Source of the DNA: Nitrospinota bacterium
GTDB taxonomy: Bacteria; UBA8248
Length of the DNA: 49,561 nucleotides
NCBI GenBank assembly: GCA_036231405.1
Contig: JAZAHK010000026.1
Coordinates: forward strand, 1-49,561
Direction of reading: 5' to 3'
Part shown: positions 1-8,627 of the stretch, piece after piece
How positions within the stretch are numbered: the first letter of the stretch is position 1
Layout of the letters: the number at the start of each line of letters is the position of its first letter
Made by a program: the position numbers and the translations under genes
Notes under the pieces: model-generated
Told to the model about the DNA's origin: nothing
The model's database searches: none
Seen by the model: only the letters and a program-made list of their open reading frames with translations

Positions 1-120
1 TTGTTTACGTTTAGCTTCCAGTTCTTGTTTACGTTTAGCTTCCAGTTCTTGTTTACGTTTAGCTTCCAGTTCTTGTTTACGTTTAGCTTCCAGTTCTTGT
101 TTACGTTTAGCTTCCAGTTC
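1..120. repeat. 24-bp exact tandem repeat x5 (coding, ELEAKRKQ on minus strand), truncated by window edge
   Basis: ttgtttacgtttagcttccagttc at 1, 25, 49, 73 and 97, with no spacers. Confidence 0.97.
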
Positions 121-2322
121 TTGTTTCTGCTTCAAATTAGCAACTGCTTTTCTTAAGGAGGGGTTTCTCAAAATAAATTTTTGAATTTCCGGGATAAGTT
201 TATTTAATTCTTCAAGCTTTGGAGACTTTAGGGACGCGATTAATTTTTTCAAAACAGGGAGAATTTTTTGGACAGTTTCTAAATCATTAAGCATATTTTT
301 CGCTATAAATGACTTAAGGAAGCTTCTTAAATCTTTTCCTGACATTATTTTTTCATTTAACAACTTTAATTTTGAGATTGCTCTGGCCTTTTCCCTCTTC
401 GCCTCAAAGGCAGAAAATCCTTTCACTTTCGGTAGGAGTTTTCTAAGAGTCTCTAAACTCTTTTTTAAACGTAGGACTTCTTTTTTCTTTTGAGATTGTT
501 TTACCTTCCCAATTAATGTAGCTATCTCTATTAGATAGGGAGTTCCTGCATTCTTTTGAAGAAAAAGTTGTATGTCGTTAGACAATTTGGTTGCTTTAGA
601 TGAAAGAGGAGGGAACAACTTCATCTGCAATTCTTTTTTTCGTTTTCTTTCAGCAACTAATTTTCGTCTCTTTTTCTCTGCTTCTAATTTACGTTTTTCT
701 AACAATTTCTTTCTGGCCAGTTCTGCTTCTCTTTTCTTTCTAGCTAGTTCTGCTTCTCTTTTCTTTCTAGCTAGTTCTGCTTCTCTTTTCTTTCTAGCTA
801 GTTCTGCTTCTCTTTTCTTTCTAGCCAGTTCTGCTTCTTTTTTCTTTCTAGCTAGTTTTTCTATTCTCTTTAGTTCTTCTTTTCTTTTTACTTCGATAAG
901 CCTTAATTGCTCCGCTTTTTCTTCTGTCAAATTTATAAGTATTATCTTTGTGCTCTTTGACTCCACTCTGAATGCTGTCTTGACTTTTGAATGAGATAAA
1001 AGTTTCCTGTAGGTTGTTGTAGCAGGACCGGTTTTTAAGAACTTAAACGACCTACCGTAAACAGGACAGAGAGTAGCTCCCCTATCTGAGCTCCAAGAAG
1101 TCCATTTATTTTCAAAGGTACCTTCTATTTTGAAACAATATATATCCCCAAGTTCAGGATCGTTTTTTATATATTCTTCTTTTACTTCCGCTATATATTG
1201 CCATTCACTACTTCCTCTAGATAAATTATAGGTGAATTTTTTCCCTTTTCGTAAAGGAAAGATTCGTTCTACATACTTTAAATTTTCAGGTCCTATATCT
1301 TCATAAGATTTGAGAATTCCTATATGAAGCCTTTTGGTTCCATCATCGTAAGTCATTGTTTCTGGATCTAAATCCCAACCTGGAAATTTCTTATAGATAT
1401 GCATGTGCCTTGAAGATTCAAGATAGGATGTTCCGGCTTTTTTCTTGACTTTTACAGAAACTTTGGGTTTTGGTGATTTTTTCTTGGCTTTTTCGAGAAT
1501 TTTCGGTTTAGAAGAGCTTTTCTTTCCTGCAAAAACTTTTTTGCCTAACTTCCAAATTCCTCCTCCTGCTGAACCACTACTCTCTAACGTTATTTCTGTC
1601 ACTGTACCGCTGATCGTACGTGTACCGCCAGAATCCTTTTCACATTCAATTTCTTCAAGATCGCCGTCTTTGTAAATTTCACCTTCGCATGTACCTTCGA
1701 CATGTGGAGAATGGTTGAGATATGTAATTTTGTATTTTTTGCCGTCTTTAGAATATTTGATAGTTATTATGAAATCTGAAAGACCATCATTACTTGGGAT
1801 CTGTTTGGACTCAAATCCTGCCCAGTAAGGAGTTCTAGATCCGGCCTTAGTTTTTATAGAAATTATTGGTTTTAAAGACTTCTTCTTCGTTTTTGCAAAG
1901 ATGGTTGATTTTGGGGAAGCTTTCTTTTTCGCAAGAATTCTTTTGTCAATCCAGGTTGCATCTCCAGCGTTACCATCGCCAGTAAGTTCCAACTTTTTAA
2001 CAGTTCCGCCTAATGATCTTGTAGCACTTCCTGTATAAACACATACTTTTCTTTCGAGAACTCCATTTGCAAAAACTTTTCCTTCGCAAGTGCCTTCATG
2101 TTCTCCGAATGAGGTGTCATCGAGCTTGAAATTAGCTTTGTATTTTTTACCGTCTTTCGAATATTTTATTTGAATGTACCAATCTGATTCACATTCATTG
2201 CAAGATAATTCTTTGGACTCATAGCCTGCCCAGTATGGAGTTCCAGCCGCTTGTGTAGAAGTTGTCATTGTTAATGAAAAGAGAAAAACAATCACCAATC
2301 CAAAATAGAGGATTCTTTTCAT
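1..2322 (-). CDS. Large secreted modular protein, partial (>=774 aa, runs off left edge): signal peptide, two TPYWAG modules, a third domain, Lys/Glu coiled-coil repeats
   Basis: Not in the ORF track. I read the frame from ATG at 2322 to base 1 and found no stop. Starts MKRILYFGLVIVFLFSLTMTTSTQA-AGTPYWAG, overlaps the upstream stop as ATGA, and ends in (ELEAKRKQ)n. Confidence 0.9.
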   Translation of the reverse strand, partial: MKRILYFGLVIVFLFSLTMTTSTQAAGTPYWAGYESKELSCNECESDWYIQIKYSKDGKKYKANFKLDDTSFGEHEGTCEGKVFANGVLERKVCVYTGSATRSLGGTVKKLELTGDGNAGDATWIDKRILAKKKASPKSTIFAKTKKKSLKPIISIKTKAGSRTPYWAGFESKQIPSNDGLSDFIITIKYSKDGKKYKITYLNHSPHVEGTCEGEIYKDGDLEEIECEKDSGGTRTISGTVTEITLESSGSAGGGIWKLGKKVFAGKKSSSKPKILEKAKKKSPKPKVSVKVKKKAGTSYLESSRHMHIYKKFPGWDLDPETMTYDDGTKRLHIGILKSYEDIGPENLKYVERIFPLRKGKKFTYNLSRGSSEWQYIAEVKEEYIKNDPELGDIYCFKIEGTFENKWTSWSSDRGATLCPVYGRSFKFLKTGPATTTYRKLLSHSKVKTAFRVESKSTKIILINLTEEKAEQLRLIEVKRKEELKRIEKLARKKKEAELARKKREAELARKKREAELARKKREAELARKKREAELARKKLLEKRKLEAEKKRRKLVAERKRKKELQMKLFPPLSSKATKLSNDIQLFLQKNAGTPYLIEIATLIGKVKQSQKKKEVLRLKKSLETLRKLLPKVKGFSAFEAKREKARAISKLKLLNEKIMSGKDLRSFLKSFIAKNMLNDLETVQKILPVLKKLIASLKSPKLEELNKLIPEIQKFILRNPSLRKAVANLKQKQELEAKRKQELEAKRKQELEAKRKQELEAKRKQELEAKRKQ
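707..857. repeat. 27-bp tandem repeat x~5.5 (coding, KREAELARK)
   Basis: Unit ttctttctagctagttctgcttctctt with a few substitutions. Confidence 0.95.
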
Positions 2323-2760
2323 GGAGAGGCTTTCTTTTTTGCAGCTATTTTTTTGTCAATCCAAACTGCTCCTTCAGTATCGCCGCCATAACTGCCGCCG
2401 CCAGTATTGAACAGTTCTAACCTTGTAACAGTTCCGCCTAAACTTCTTTGCTTTCTTTGATAAGAATAGGTGTTACAAAGTTTTTTTTCGAGAATTCCAT
2501 TTGGGAAAACTTTTCCTTCGCAAGTACCCTCTATTGTAAAATGGAAACTAAGATCATCCATTTTGATATCGGCATAGTATTTTTTTCCGTCTTTCGAATA
2601 TTTTATTTGAATGTACCAATCTGATCCACATTCATTGCATTTGATTTCTTTGGACTCAAAACCTGCCCAGTATGGAGTTCCAGCCGCTTGTGTAGAAGTT
2701 GTCATTGTTAATGAAAAGAGAAAAACAATCACCAATCCAAAATAGAGGATTCTTTTCATG
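2150..2760. repeat. Direct duplication at 437-bp offset between the 5' parts of two adjacent genes
   Basis: 2225-2323 is identical to 2662-2760 (99 bp). 2150-2202 versus 2587-2639 differs at one base. Confidence 0.93.
2319..2759 (-). CDS. Secreted single-module protein, paralog of the N-terminus of the downstream gene (146 aa)
   Basis: Start moved to ATG 2759 (MKRIL, AAAGGA upstream). Signal peptide, CNEC, KYSKDGKKY and EGTCEG motifs. Confidence 0.88.
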   Translation of the reverse strand: MKRILYFGLVIVFLFSLTMTTSTQAAGTPYWAGFESKEIKCNECGSDWYIQIKYSKDGKKYYADIKMDDLSFHFTIEGTCEGKVFPNGILEKKLCNTYSYQRKQRSLGGTVTRLELFNTGGGSYGGDTEGAVWIDKKIAAKKKASP

Positions 2761-2947
2761 CTCCAAGATCCTTTCCACAAAAAAAGGCAATGTATGTGTT
2801 GTTTGTTTTATTTATTAAATTATACTTATCAGGGGTGACCACTACAAGTTCGACAAATATTTAAAAAATCATTATGATTTTGGTCACGCTCGTAAAATTA
2901 AATATCAACGTTCTATAGAGTAAAGAGAAGTTTGTTGATAAAAAACT

Positions 2948-3022
2948 ATGGAATCGAGAAGAAGCAAGATAATGAGTTTTGAAATAGTTTTACAGATTAT
3001 GAAAGAGAGTGAAGCTAAGTAA
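2948..3022 (+). CDS. Possible 24-aa peptide (MESRRSKIMSFEIVLQIMKESEAK)
   Basis: In-frame ATG..TAA whose stop directly abuts the next ATG at 3023. No recognised homology. Confidence 0.25.
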   Translation: MESRRSKIMSFEIVLQIMKESEAK

Positions 3023-3271
3023 ATGAAAAAACAAAATGAAAAATACTATCAATTCTCGCCAGCTGCACGAAAATTTAATCAAGCTAACGGCCATTCTGCT
3101 AGTAAAAAAGAAGTACAGGATGAAATTGATAGCACGATAAAAAAAGATAAAACACATTCTTGTATGACTAAAAAAGAATCAGAGGAATTTTGGAGTAAAT
3201 TTACAAAGGATGAAAAAGAAGTGATCGATTTTATAGACAGGGCAATTGTGAATAAAGAATTTGAGGAATAA
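3023..3271 (+). CDS. Hypothetical protein (82 aa, charged)
   Basis: ATG start, natural composition, ends 6 nt before the amidase start. Confidence 0.6.
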   Translation: MKKQNEKYYQFSPAARKFNQANGHSASKKEVQDEIDSTIKKDKTHSCMTKKESEEFWSKFTKDEKEVIDFIDRAIVNKEFEE

Positions 3272-3277
3272 AAGTCT

Positions 3278-5578
3278 ATGAATAACAAATCTTTTAAGCT
3301 TGAAGAAGCGACGATAGAGCAGTTGCATGACGCGATTCGAAATGGAGAAGTTACTTGCAAGGAGGTTGTGGAAAGGTATATAGAGCGAGCTCAAAAGTAT
3401 AACGGGGTTGCAAGCATGCTTGTGACTGAGGATGGAGAAAGTGTAGAGAAAGTTCTAGGAGTAGAGAGAGCACAGTCAGAACTTTTATTTCCAACAGAAA
3501 CCGTAAAAGCTTCCACTATCTTACCTGATTTGGATAAGTACGAAGGTCCTCCCATAGAATACGGAAGAATGGAAGCTACTTCTTCTGATCCCGAAGTCTT
3601 TCAGCAGTTTGGAATGATTGCAGGTGTTCCTGATGCGGGGCAGGTGAATGCTCTTGCCACTTTGAATATTAGGGGAGAGCGTTCTGTTACTTGTAAAGGA
3701 GAGTTTGATAAGCATCCTTCCGAAGGTCCTTTGCCTCCTGGTGCTCCTCCTGTTTGTGAGATGTTTAGGCAGTATCCTGATGCCCTTGAGCGTGCTGCGG
3801 AACTGGATGAAGAATACGGAACTAATCCAGACTTAGAAAAGATGCCTATGTACGGAGTGGTTTTTTCATTCAAGGATCCTTTTGACACGAAAGATATGCG
3901 TTCTACAGGCGGAGGCGATGCTGCATATGATATGGATTTTCCTGCAAGGGATCATATTTTAGTAGAACAACTTCGAAAAAAAGGTGCGATTATCTATGCC
4001 AAATCGGTCAGTACAGAATATAACGGCCGTGCAGATAATCCCGGAGGAAAAAATAATCCAGACAAAATTTTGCCATCTGTTCTTGGATACCAAAGAACGA
4101 CATGGGGAGGAAATCCTTCTAATTCTTACGATACAACGAGAGCAGCTTCTTTGGGTTCTAGTTCTGGTTCGGCTGTCTCTGTTAGTACGAATCTCGTTAT
4201 GGCAAGTCTCGGTGAGGAAACAAGAGCTTCTTGTAGAGGTCCTTCGAATCATAATGCGGTATCTTTGATACTTCCGCACAAGTCTATGCTAGGTTTTGAT
4301 GGTGGTGCGATTGGCGCAGATATTTACTGTGACAGAAGCGGCATTATGTGCAGGACGATTGTGGACTGTGCAAAAGTACTGGATTCTCTTAAAGATGAAG
4401 AGAACGGCTATTATGACCCTAGGGATCCCTTCACCACGATACCGCGTTCCTCGATACTGAATACTTCTTTTGCAGAACATGTACAACAGTCAGGGGAAAA
4501 AGGTTCTTTAAAGGGAACGAGGATAGGTGTTATTCGTGAATCGTTTGTCTATGATCCTGTTTCTGTCAGTGAAGAACCTATTGTGTCGGCTGCAAATACA
4601 GAACTCAAAGAAGTGTTGCATTCACATCTTGGGGCTACTTTGGTGGAATCGGTCGATCCACTTTGGGAACCAGATCCTTCTTTGGAAACGATGAAAACCG
4701 ATTTCAGAAAAGCGTTGTGTAAGTTGGTTCCCGTCTTTATGCCAGATATACTTTTTAGACTTGATGTAAATAGGGAACCTCTCTTTAAAGAATTTGCGGC
4801 ATCTATTGTTCCTACGGAATTTGCTCCGGGAGTAGTATTTGGTTCAGGAACGATGAACCCAATAGATTATTTAGTGGAACTAGCTGAGGGAAGAGTGGAA
4901 CCTCCTTCTAATTTTGATATCGCTACCATACAGCAGCAAGAACTCGCAATGTCTTTCCGTTTCCATATTCCTCAGTATTTAACTAGGCGCGCACAAGATT
5001 GGAAGGATAAAGGTTTTACGGAAACTCTTTCTGATTTCCCCGCATTGAATGCACGTTCTAAGTTTTGGGGAGATGATCATAGAGCTTCTTTTAAAAATTG
5101 GGAAGAGGTGGTGGATCCAAGGAATCCTCATGGGAACAGGCAAGGCGTGGATGAACGTATAATGCTAAGAGAACTTCTTCGTAGAGTCGATATGATGGTT
5201 CTTATTGAAAATAATTTAGATGTATTTGTTAGATTACATACACCATTCCCACCTGCGATTATTGGTGGAGCGAGTCAGCCAGGGCATTGGCAAAATATAA
5301 GATTGGAAACACGTTATGGTCCAAATGCAGGTTTGACTGAAGTGTTGGTTCCTGCAGGGTATGTGACTACCGCCTACGATCCAGTTTTTGTTCTCAGCGA
5401 AGATAGGAAACAGTATGTTGCTGCCCATTCGGAAACTCCAACTCAAATTCCTGAACCGGGACTTCCATTTTCTTTAGTATTTAGAGCAGAGCCTGGGAAG
5501 GAAGATCTGATCCTGAATGTAGCTTCCGCTTATCAAGCTGCTTCAAATCGAAGAATAATTCCACCATCTTTTTCTTGA
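3278..5578 (+). CDS. Amidase signature family protein (766 aa)
   Basis: LEEATIEQLH N-terminus, FKDPFDT catalytic Lys, GSSSGSAVSV, and GEETRASCRGPS nucleophile region. Confidence 0.9.
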   Translation: MNNKSFKLEEATIEQLHDAIRNGEVTCKEVVERYIERAQKYNGVASMLVTEDGESVEKVLGVERAQSELLFPTETVKASTILPDLDKYEGPPIEYGRMEATSSDPEVFQQFGMIAGVPDAGQVNALATLNIRGERSVTCKGEFDKHPSEGPLPPGAPPVCEMFRQYPDALERAAELDEEYGTNPDLEKMPMYGVVFSFKDPFDTKDMRSTGGGDAAYDMDFPARDHILVEQLRKKGAIIYAKSVSTEYNGRADNPGGKNNPDKILPSVLGYQRTTWGGNPSNSYDTTRAASLGSSSGSAVSVSTNLVMASLGEETRASCRGPSNHNAVSLILPHKSMLGFDGGAIGADIYCDRSGIMCRTIVDCAKVLDSLKDEENGYYDPRDPFTTIPRSSILNTSFAEHVQQSGEKGSLKGTRIGVIRESFVYDPVSVSEEPIVSAANTELKEVLHSHLGATLVESVDPLWEPDPSLETMKTDFRKALCKLVPVFMPDILFRLDVNREPLFKEFAASIVPTEFAPGVVFGSGTMNPIDYLVELAEGRVEPPSNFDIATIQQQELAMSFRFHIPQYLTRRAQDWKDKGFTETLSDFPALNARSKFWGDDHRASFKNWEEVVDPRNPHGNRQGVDERIMLRELLRRVDMMVLIENNLDVFVRLHTPFPPAIIGGASQPGHWQNIRLETRYGPNAGLTEVLVPAGYVTTAYDPVFVLSEDRKQYVAAHSETPTQIPEPGLPFSLVFRAEPGKEDLILNVASAYQAASNRRIIPPSFS

Positions 5579-5585
5579 AACAAAA

Positions 5586-5622
5586 AACTATCTTATATAA
5601 CAATTAGTTATATAAGATAGTT
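5586..5622. terminator. Perfect 16-bp inverted repeat between convergent genes (probable bidirectional terminator)
   Basis: aactatcttatataac-aatta-gttatataagatagtt. Confidence 0.65.
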
Positions 5623-5655
5623 AATATAAATATAGTTAATAAATTACGTTAAGTA

Positions 5656-6051
5656 TTAAAGCTTCAGTCCTAATCTTTTTGCTACTTCTTCCGCATCATC
5701 AGCTCTGTTATAGTCCTGTGCTAAATCCCCATCACCAACAGGACTTTTTACTGCAAAAAAAGTTGCTGGACCATCGATTGCGCATACTCCGTGCCTGGTA
5801 TTCCTAGGTATATGTACCAGGTCACCTTCTTCTATAATCGTTTCTTCATCACCCAAAACTTTTCTCATTTTTCCTTCTAAGACTAAGACAAACTGTTCTT
5901 CATTGGGATGAAAATGTGGCGGTGGACCTTCTCCTTCCTGATAAGTTACAAATCCAACTTTGATTAGTTCTCCTGCTACTGATTTCACACCAAGTCCTTC
6001 GACTTTGTCCGATGTTTGTACTTCCATTTCCGATACTTTATAAATAGGCAT
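5656..6051 (-). CDS. Cupin domain protein (paralog 2)
   Basis: PPHFHPNEEQF...GDLVHIPRNTRHG cupin motifs 1 and 2. Confidence 0.92.
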   Translation of the reverse strand: MPIYKVSEMEVQTSDKVEGLGVKSVAGELIKVGFVTYQEGEGPPPHFHPNEEQFVLVLEGKMRKVLGDEETIIEEGDLVHIPRNTRHGVCAIDGPATFFAVKSPVGDGDLAQDYNRADDAEEVAKRLGLKL

Positions 6052-6099
6052 TTTTATTTCCTTTAAAATTTTTGTTGAAAAATAACTGTATAAAATCCG

Positions 6100-6504
6100 T
6101 TACTTCGGACTTGTATTTTTTAAACCTAGTTTTTCAATGATTCCTTCTGCATCTAAAGCTTTATTATAGTCTTGAGACATATCTCCATTGCCTACAGGAC
6201 TCTTGGCAGCAAAGAAAGTGGCAGGACCATTTATCGCACATACACCGTGTCTAGTATTTCTAGGGATATGAATTAGATCTCCTTTTTCAACAATTCTTTC
6301 TTCATCTCCTAGGACTTTTCTCATTTTACCATCGAGAACGAGTATAAATTGTTCTTCGTTTGGATGAAAATGTGGGGGAGGTCCTTCGCCTTCTTGGTAT
6401 GTGACAATTCCTACTTTTATTAGTTCACCTGCTACAGTTTTTCCTGTCGCAGGACCAACATTGGATTTTTTTGCTTCCATTTCAGAAATTTTATAAATAG
6501 GCAT
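6100..6504 (-). CDS. Cupin domain protein (paralog 1)
   Basis: Same motifs, AGGAGG RBS, closely similar to its neighbour. Confidence 0.92.
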   Translation of the reverse strand: MPIYKISEMEAKKSNVGPATGKTVAGELIKVGIVTYQEGEGPPPHFHPNEEQFILVLDGKMRKVLGDEERIVEKGDLIHIPRNTRHGVCAINGPATFFAAKSPVGNGDMSQDYNKALDAEGIIEKLGLKNTSPK

Positions 6505-6530
6505 TTCTCAATCCTCCTAAGTTGAAAATA

Positions 6531-7607
6531 CTATTGATTTAATTTGATTGTTTGTCCAGTCTTAGAAGATTCCTCAATTGCATTAGTCACTAATAGAGTT
6601 TGTCTGCCTTCCTTGGCAGTTGTATGATTACAAGGTTTTCCAGTAGAAAGGTGATCGAGCCATCCTCTAGTTTCGTTAGAGATCGGGCCCCAATAGTCTC
6701 CCATTGCCCAATCACCCGAAGAATTCGTTTGCATAAATAACATATTAGCATTGTGTCCTGGAACATAAGCATGCGGTACTCCTTTATCTGTAAATAACAC
6801 ACTATCTTTATTGTCTGTGTCTAGAAGTATCACTCCATCCTGACCTATAACTTCAAACCTTGCACTTTGTCCGTATGTTGGATACTTTGCCGGCAGCACA
6901 CAAGAGATTCCTAAATTTACAACAGTTCCATCATTGAATGTAATTATTGTCCATGTAACATCTTCTTTATCAAATCCCATCTCTTTAAAAACTATAGAGT
7001 TTCCTCTTGCAAAAACCTCCACAGGATATAAATCTTTTAAAAACCAGCATGCCATGTCTACGTAATAGGTTAATACATCATTCACAGGAGATGCATGTGG
7101 AGAGCGGGTCAATGGTTGAACAATTTGGGCTCTAGTACTATAGACCCTAGATTGGATTCCGATAATTTTCCCTAGTCTCCCTTTCTCAACCTGTTCTCTT
7201 GCGAGCATCCATCTTCTATCGTGTCTTCTTGAATAACCAATTCTCAGATCTGTACCTTTTTCCTCAAGTTTTTTTATTATGATGTCTGCTTCTTCTATGG
7301 AAAGAGTCAGAGGTTTCTCAACAAAGATTGGTTTCCCAAGTTCAATAGCTTGTAGTATCGATTCAGTGTGATCGTGTTCTGGCGTGGAAATGAAGACTGC
7401 ATCCACTTCGGGGTTAGAAATGATTTCGTAGTTGTCTCCAGAAGAGTAGTCTGCTGTAACATTTTCAGCTAAATTTTCTGCCTGCTTAGGATCTTTGTCA
7501 GAAAGTGCTAGATACCGAACAGAAGGATGACTAGATGCAAGACTCGCACGTAAACTCCCAATTCTCCCACAACCGATAACTCCAATTCCGATTTGTTTTT
7601 TTTTCAT
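6531..7607 (-). CDS. Gfo/Idh/MocA family oxidoreductase
   Basis: IGVIGCGRIG Rossmann motif, VFISTPEHDH, FVEKP. Confidence 0.92.
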   Translation of the reverse strand: MKKKQIGIGVIGCGRIGSLRASLASSHPSVRYLALSDKDPKQAENLAENVTADYSSGDNYEIISNPEVDAVFISTPEHDHTESILQAIELGKPIFVEKPLTLSIEEADIIIKKLEEKGTDLRIGYSRRHDRRWMLAREQVEKGRLGKIIGIQSRVYSTRAQIVQPLTRSPHASPVNDVLTYYVDMACWFLKDLYPVEVFARGNSIVFKEMGFDKEDVTWTIITFNDGTVVNLGISCVLPAKYPTYGQSARFEVIGQDGVILLDTDNKDSVLFTDKGVPHAYVPGHNANMLFMQTNSSGDWAMGDYWGPISNETRGWLDHLSTGKPCNHTTAKEGRQTLLVTNAIEESSKTGQTIKLNQ

Positions 7608-7625
7608 TCTGTATTCCTCTTGTTT

Positions 7626-8627
7626 TTATTGAAAGTCGGAATCCCATACTTTTGCAAGTCCTCTCATTTTTTCTTCTTCAAATTTAGGTTTCCCAGAGCA
7701 ATTAGTAATTTCATCAATTTGATTTTCTCTAGAGAATCCAATAAGAACGGACGAGACAGCGTCGTTACTTAATGCAAAGCGTATGGCAGATTGAGAAATT
7801 GTCTCGTTATTTTCTCCGATTATTGTTTTTATTTTTCCTGCTCTTCTAACATCTGTATCGTATTTTGATCCTAAAGAAAGTAAGGGAATTTCTCCTTTTA
7901 GAAAATTCGTGTCGTTTGTCAAAGCACCTAAAGCAAGGGCACGGATAACAAAGATTCCCATACCTAATTTTCTACATTTTTCGATTAAGAGATTATAATT
8001 GATAGCACTAAAATTCTGGGGAACCGATAAACCTGCACTAGGGTTAAGTAAATTGTAATATATCTGAATAGTTTGAAACTCATTTGTGCTTACTACTTTA
8101 TCTAAAGTTTTAGGGTCTCCTAGTCCAGTGATACCGAAATATCTCACCATATTTTTTTTCCTTAGTTCTTTGAATGCTTCTAAAATTCCATTGTTTTTGT
8201 AAATATCGTTTGGGGAAATAGAAAGTGGGACAGGCCATATCCTGTCTTCTGTGATGAAGTTATGTATTTGTATTATTTCTATATGGTTTCTTTTCAGTCT
8301 ATCTAAACTTCTTTCTACAGACTGCATTACTTCTTTGTATGGATTTTCTAGTTGTTCAGGAAGAAGCCTGATCTTTGTTCCGATGATTACTTCTGAAGAT
8401 TCCTCATTTAGGATTCTGCCAAGATTATTTTCAGATTTCCCGCTACCATATGCGGCCGCTGTGTCGAAGTAAGTAATTCCGTTATTTAGCGCTTTGGTAA
8501 TTGCAGAATTTTGCTCTTTTTTATCTTCTTCAACCATAAGTCTACTGATTCCACCTGTACCAAAGCCAATTTCTGAGACTATGATATCTGTTGTGCCAAG
8601 TTTTCTATATTCCAAATTGTTCTTCAT
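7626..8627 (-). CDS. Aldo/keto reductase
   Basis: YRKLGTTDIIVSEIGFG, FDTAAAYGSGKSE, IGTK, SLDRL..IQIH. Confidence 0.92.
   Translation of the reverse strand: MKNNLEYRKLGTTDIIVSEIGFGTGGISRLMVEEDKKEQNSAITKALNNGITYFDTAAAYGSGKSENNLGRILNEESSEVIIGTKIRLLPEQLENPYKEVMQSVERSLDRLKRNHIEIIQIHNFITEDRIWPVPLSISPNDIYKNNGILEAFKELRKKNMVRYFGITGLGDPKTLDKVVSTNEFQTIQIYYNLLNPSAGLSVPQNFSAINYNLLIEKCRKLGMGIFVIRALALGALTNDTNFLKGEIPLLSLGSKYDTDVRRAGKIKTIIGENNETISQSAIRFALSNDAVSSVLIGFSRENQIDEITNCSGKPKFEEEKMRGLAKVWDSDFQ

Noticed and set aside
1-120. 24-bp repeats as a CRISPR array
   Set aside because: Units are contiguous with no spacers, lie in frame within a CDS, and no cas genes are present.
572-1675. Plus-strand ORFs 572-994 and 1445-1675
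   Set aside because: Antisense shadows of the long minus-strand CDS; the Phe/Ser/Leu-rich text mirrors Lys/Glu/Arg codons.
1900-2760. Duplicated module as a diversity-generating retroelement TR/VR pair
   Set aside because: Differences involve all bases and include indels rather than being adenine-specific; no reverse transcriptase in the window.
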